This document shows positions 29,215 through 32,000 of a stretch of DNA of 32,000 nucleotides, one piece after another. Each line of letters opens with the position of its first letter. Position 1 is the first letter of the stretch. The stretch comes from Opitutales bacterium (lineage in GTDB: Bacteria > Verrucomicrobiota > Verrucomicrobiia > Opitutales > Coraliomargaritaceae). The notes under the pieces are model-generated. The model was not told the origin of the DNA and did not search any database. It saw only the letters and a program-made list of their open reading frames with translations. A program made the position numbers and the translations under genes. Location: assembly GCA_049606355.1 (NCBI GenBank), contig JBMYVL010000002.1, positions 60,001 through 92,000 of the forward strand, written 5' to 3'.

Positions 29215-30864
29215 TTAGTTGACATACTTTTGGACAATTGGGATGCGTCGTCCCACACCAAAAGCGAGTGGCGTGGTTTTTAGTCCTGGTGCAGCTTGCT
29301 TACGCTTGTATTCATTGAGATCGACCTTGCGGACAATGTCATTGACGACCTCTGTGTCGTAGCCGCGAGCGACTATTTCTGCGCGCGATAAACCGTCCTC
29401 AACGTAGAGCTGTAAGATGCCGTCGAGAATGGGGTAGGGCGGTAAGGAATCTTCGTCTAGTTGGTCGGGACGTAATTCTGCTGAAGGTGGCTTAGTGATC
29501 GTATTGTTAGGAATCAGCTCGCTGTCTCGGTTTATGTGGCGAGCTAAGGCAAAGACTTTCATTTTTGGGAGATCGGAAATCACCGCCAAACCACCGCACA
29601 TATCTCCATATAGGGTACAATAGCCGACGGATATTTCACTCTTGTTACCTGTGGTGAGGAGCAAAGCACCAAACTTATTTGAGATCGCCATGAGCAGCAA
29701 ACCACGCGCTCGGGCTTGTATGTTTTCTTCAGTGACGTCGGGCGAAAGCCCTTCAAATAGATTCGCAAGTGCTGCTTCACTCGCGCTTACCGTGTTTGCA
29801 ATTGAAATTTCGTGATAGTTAATATGCAGGTTGTTTGCCAAGGCTGCGGCATCATTGCGACTGTGTTGGCTTGAAATGGCAGAGGGTAGCGCGATACCGA
29901 TGACGTTTTCTGCACCAAAAGCTTCGACGGCTAAGGCGCAAACGACTGCCGAATCAATGCCGCCGGATAGCCCAATGAGTGCCTTGGAAAAGCCGCTTTT
30001 ACTGGCGTAATCATGGAGTCCTAAGACCAGTGCACGATGCGTTGCCGCAATCCCAACTAAGTTGTAGGATTCCGCGACCATTACTCCACTCGACGCTGCG
30101 GACAGATCGATGACCGCAGTATCGGTTTGGAATGACGCGAAACCAGCTAAGATGCCTCGGCTCGGGCAACTGACAATACTTCCGCCATCAAAAATCAACT
30201 CATCATTACCGCCAACTGCATTGCAGTAAACGACTGGGCAATTGCAGCGCTCGCCGGCTTTGAGTACAAATGCTTCACGTGATTCCGACTTGCTGAAATG
30301 CCATGGGCTCGCGGATAAGTTGACTAGTAAGTCAATCCCCTCATCGGCGAAGGCTTGTACAGGATCCTTTGCATAACGGTGCGCGGCCGATGTCGATGTA
30401 TGCACCCAGATATCCTCGCAGATACTGATTCCGATACGTTGGTTTCTCCACTTGTAGACAAGCGGGGTATCGGCGGGCTCGAAGTAGCGCTCCTCATCGA
30501 AAACGTCATAGGAGGGCAGTAGTGATTTACGCCCAATTGCACGCACCTTACCGGATTCACACCATGCTGCCGAATTGTAGTAGGGCCGCCCGGGCGATTC
30601 TGCGTCGCGGCATTCTGCAAAACCAATGATGGCAGGTGCTGCACCTATCTTAGCAGCTATTCCATCCAGTGAACGCCGAGTATCTTTTCCAAAACGGCTT
30701 TTAAATAGTAAGTCGCGAGGCGGGTAGCCGCAGACGGCTAATTCCGGGAAGACGACCAATTCAGCACCGTCATCCACCAGAGCCTGATATGCCTCTAAGA
30801 TCAGCCTGGAATTACCACTGAGGTCGCCGACCGTTGTGTTGATTTGCGCAACTCCAATCTTCAT
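29215..30864 (-). CDS. nadE: glutamine-dependent NAD+ synthetase (N-terminal CN-hydrolase domain plus NAD synthetase domain)
   Basis: It has [38 protein letters not shown] (the nitrilase Glu-Lys-Cys triad) and [10 protein letters not shown] (PP-loop SGGxDS). The ATG at 30864 is preferred over the TTG at 30876. Confidence 0.9.
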   Translation of the reverse strand: MKIGVAQINTTVGDLSGNSRLILEAYQALVDDGAELVVFPELAVCGYPPRDLLFKSRFGKDTRRSLDGIAAKIGAAPAIIGFAECRDAESPGRPYYNSAAWCESGKVRAIGRKSLLPSYDVFDEERYFEPADTPLVYKWRNQRIGISICEDIWVHTSTSAAHRYAKDPVQAFADEGIDLLVNLSASPWHFSKSESREAFVLKAGERCNCPVVYCNAVGGNDELIFDGGSIVSCPSRGILAGFASFQTDTAVIDLSAASSGVMVAESYNLVGIAATHRALVLGLHDYASKSGFSKALIGLSGGIDSAVVCALAVEAFGAENVIGIALPSAISSQHSRNDAAALANNLHINYHEISIANTVSASEAALANLFEGLSPDVTEENIQARARGLLLMAISNKFGALLLTTGNKSEISVGYCTLYGDMCGGLAVISDLPKMKVFALARHINRDSELIPNNTITKPPSAELRPDQLDEDSLPPYPILDGILQLYVEDGLSRAEIVARGYDTEVVNDIVRKVDLNEYKRKQAAPGLKTTPLAFGVGRRIPIVQKYVN

Positions 30865-31086
30865 CCCAACTACCAATCTTTAAAATTGAACACTATGCAA
30901 GCACGTCATACGCGATTCTGGATAGAAAATGTGCGATGTGAGCGACGGATCCTACCTTGAGGTGTTAGTACTAACTGCCTGCCTGAGGATACCAATAGTA
31001 AAGATGCCGCTTCGCGATTGCTGCAGTATGAATTTTGAAAATGGTTTTGACCCGATGTGCCTCCTGCCGCTCTGCTGTAACTTGTC

Positions 31087-31686
31087 GTGAATCCAGATTT
31101 AAACCATCCCTCTTATTTATTACTCGCTTCTGCCTCGCCGCGTCGTAGCGAGTTGCTGGAACGCATGGGCTTGCGTTTTGAAAAGCGTCCCGCCGATGTA
31201 ACGGAATGCGAGTCTGTCGCTAATGGACCAGAGGAAATGGTGCTTAAGAATGCGCGCCTGAAAGCGGATGCGCTTGCTTGTGAATATTCGCACGCCCTTA
31301 CACTTGGTTCGGACACAACTGTTGCTTTCGAGGATGTCGCCTTGGGGAAGCCGTCGGATTATCAGGCTGCTCGCAGGATGCTGCAGCAACTTTCGGGGCG
31401 GGATCATATCGTGTACACCGCAGTTGCATTACGCTGGCCTGAGGGCAACTACTGTCATGATTTTGTGGAGAGCAGTCGTGTGCGCTTCAAAGCTCTCGAT
31501 GAAACGACGATTGATCGTTATTTTAAAGTGGTAAATCCACTCGACAAGGCGGGAGCCTATGGCATCCAAGCGGGTCGAGACTTAATTATCGAATCAGTAG
31601 ACGGCTCTGTTGAAAGTGTAATGGGGTTGCCAATACAAACGCTCGCAACAGTGTTAGCTGCTAAAGGATTTGATTTTGCAAAATGA
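31087..31686 (+). CDS. maf: Maf-like nucleoside triphosphate pyrophosphatase (septum formation protein)
   Basis: 199 aa with GTG start. It has [34 protein letters not shown] and GLP. Confidence 0.9.
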   Translation: MNPDLNHPSYLLLASASPRRSELLERMGLRFEKRPADVTECESVANGPEEMVLKNARLKADALACEYSHALTLGSDTTVAFEDVALGKPSDYQAARRMLQQLSGRDHIVYTAVALRWPEGNYCHDFVESSRVRFKALDETTIDRYFKVVNPLDKAGAYGIQAGRDLIIESVDGSVESVMGLPIQTLATVLAAKGFDFAK

Positions 31687-32000
31687 TACTTCAGTTTCAT
31701 GTGTACAAAACCTACTCACTGGCGATCTTGGCTCGAGGCGGCGTTCAATCGGACTGAGTTTATTGTGTGCCGTAGCCTTACACTACGTTTTTATAGAAGC
31801 TGTCCCCAGTGATTTATTTACGGGGCGATTGCTCATGCTTGAGCAATCGCGGGAGGAAGCGCAAGTGATCGACCTAGAATTAGATCTAGCCAATGAGGAC
31901 GAACTTCGCTTCGTCGAAGCGAATCCAGATACGGCTGAGAATCAACCCGATCAGACGAACCAGTACTCTTATCGCAACCAACAAGCTGCAGACGAATCTC
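31676..32000 (+). CDS. partial ORF of unknown function running off the window (TM helix then an acidic/Gln-rich region)
   Basis: The frame is open from about 31670 to the window end: ..[28 protein letters not shown]...[49 protein letters not shown]. There is no ATG near the 5' end. Candidate TTG starts lie at 31670 and 31676 and overlap the maf stop. It is absent from the ORF track because it has no stop codon. Confidence 0.3.
   Translation, partial: MQNDTSVSCVQNLLTGDLGSRRRSIGLSLLCAVALHYVFIEAVPSDLFTGRLLMLEQSREEAQVIDLELDLANEDELRFVEANPDTAENQPDQTNQYSYRNQQAADES

Overview
This is a gene-dense, chromosomal-looking window of roughly 50% GC by eye. I found no rRNA, CRISPR array, transposase or prophage signature. 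About 37 coding regions and one tRNA can be supported.

Left third, mostly minus strand:
- The first codons of ilvC, then ilvH, then tRNA-Val(UAC).
- An orphan small basic HTH protein with a strong intrinsic terminator.
- A tightly coupled operon: ppk2, M20-like protein, gpgS, 482-aa glycosyltransferase, HAD hydrolase, and possibly rpe. It looks like a glucosylglycerate-type compatible-solute pathway with non-canonical accessory enzymes.

Middle, housekeeping genes:
- EntD/Sfp-type PPTase, argA plus a coupled small ORF, xerD, an ArsC/Spx-family protein, mazG and a ygjP-like gene.

Right half:
- A Cu(I) P1B-ATPase without an HMA domain (CcoI-like).
- An 11.4-kb plus-strand block: actABCDEF (Alternative Complex III), a small TM protein, ccoS, ccoN, ccoO and a monoheme cytochrome c. 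This places a quinol:cytochrome c oxidoreductase and a minimal cbb3 oxidase in one apparent operon.
- Then a DUF983 protein, hemL, nadE, maf and a partial ORF at the window edge.

The gene content suggests an aerobic or microaerobic member of the PVC group (Verrucomicrobia-like) or a similar lineage: ACIII plus cbb3, GpgS, and weak or no Shine-Dalgarno sequences. This is inference only.

Nothing here looks like a defence island or mobile element. The most interesting candidates are:
- the ACIII-cbb3 super-operon and its unexplained small parts (a Tat-signal-only mini-ORF, a His-rich ActB tail, a small TM protein, a monoheme CcoP substitute);
- the atypical gpgS operon (a DxY-type HAD, and an M20 homologue lacking the catalytic Glu-Glu).

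All family calls come from reading motifs by eye or from memory. No searches were run.
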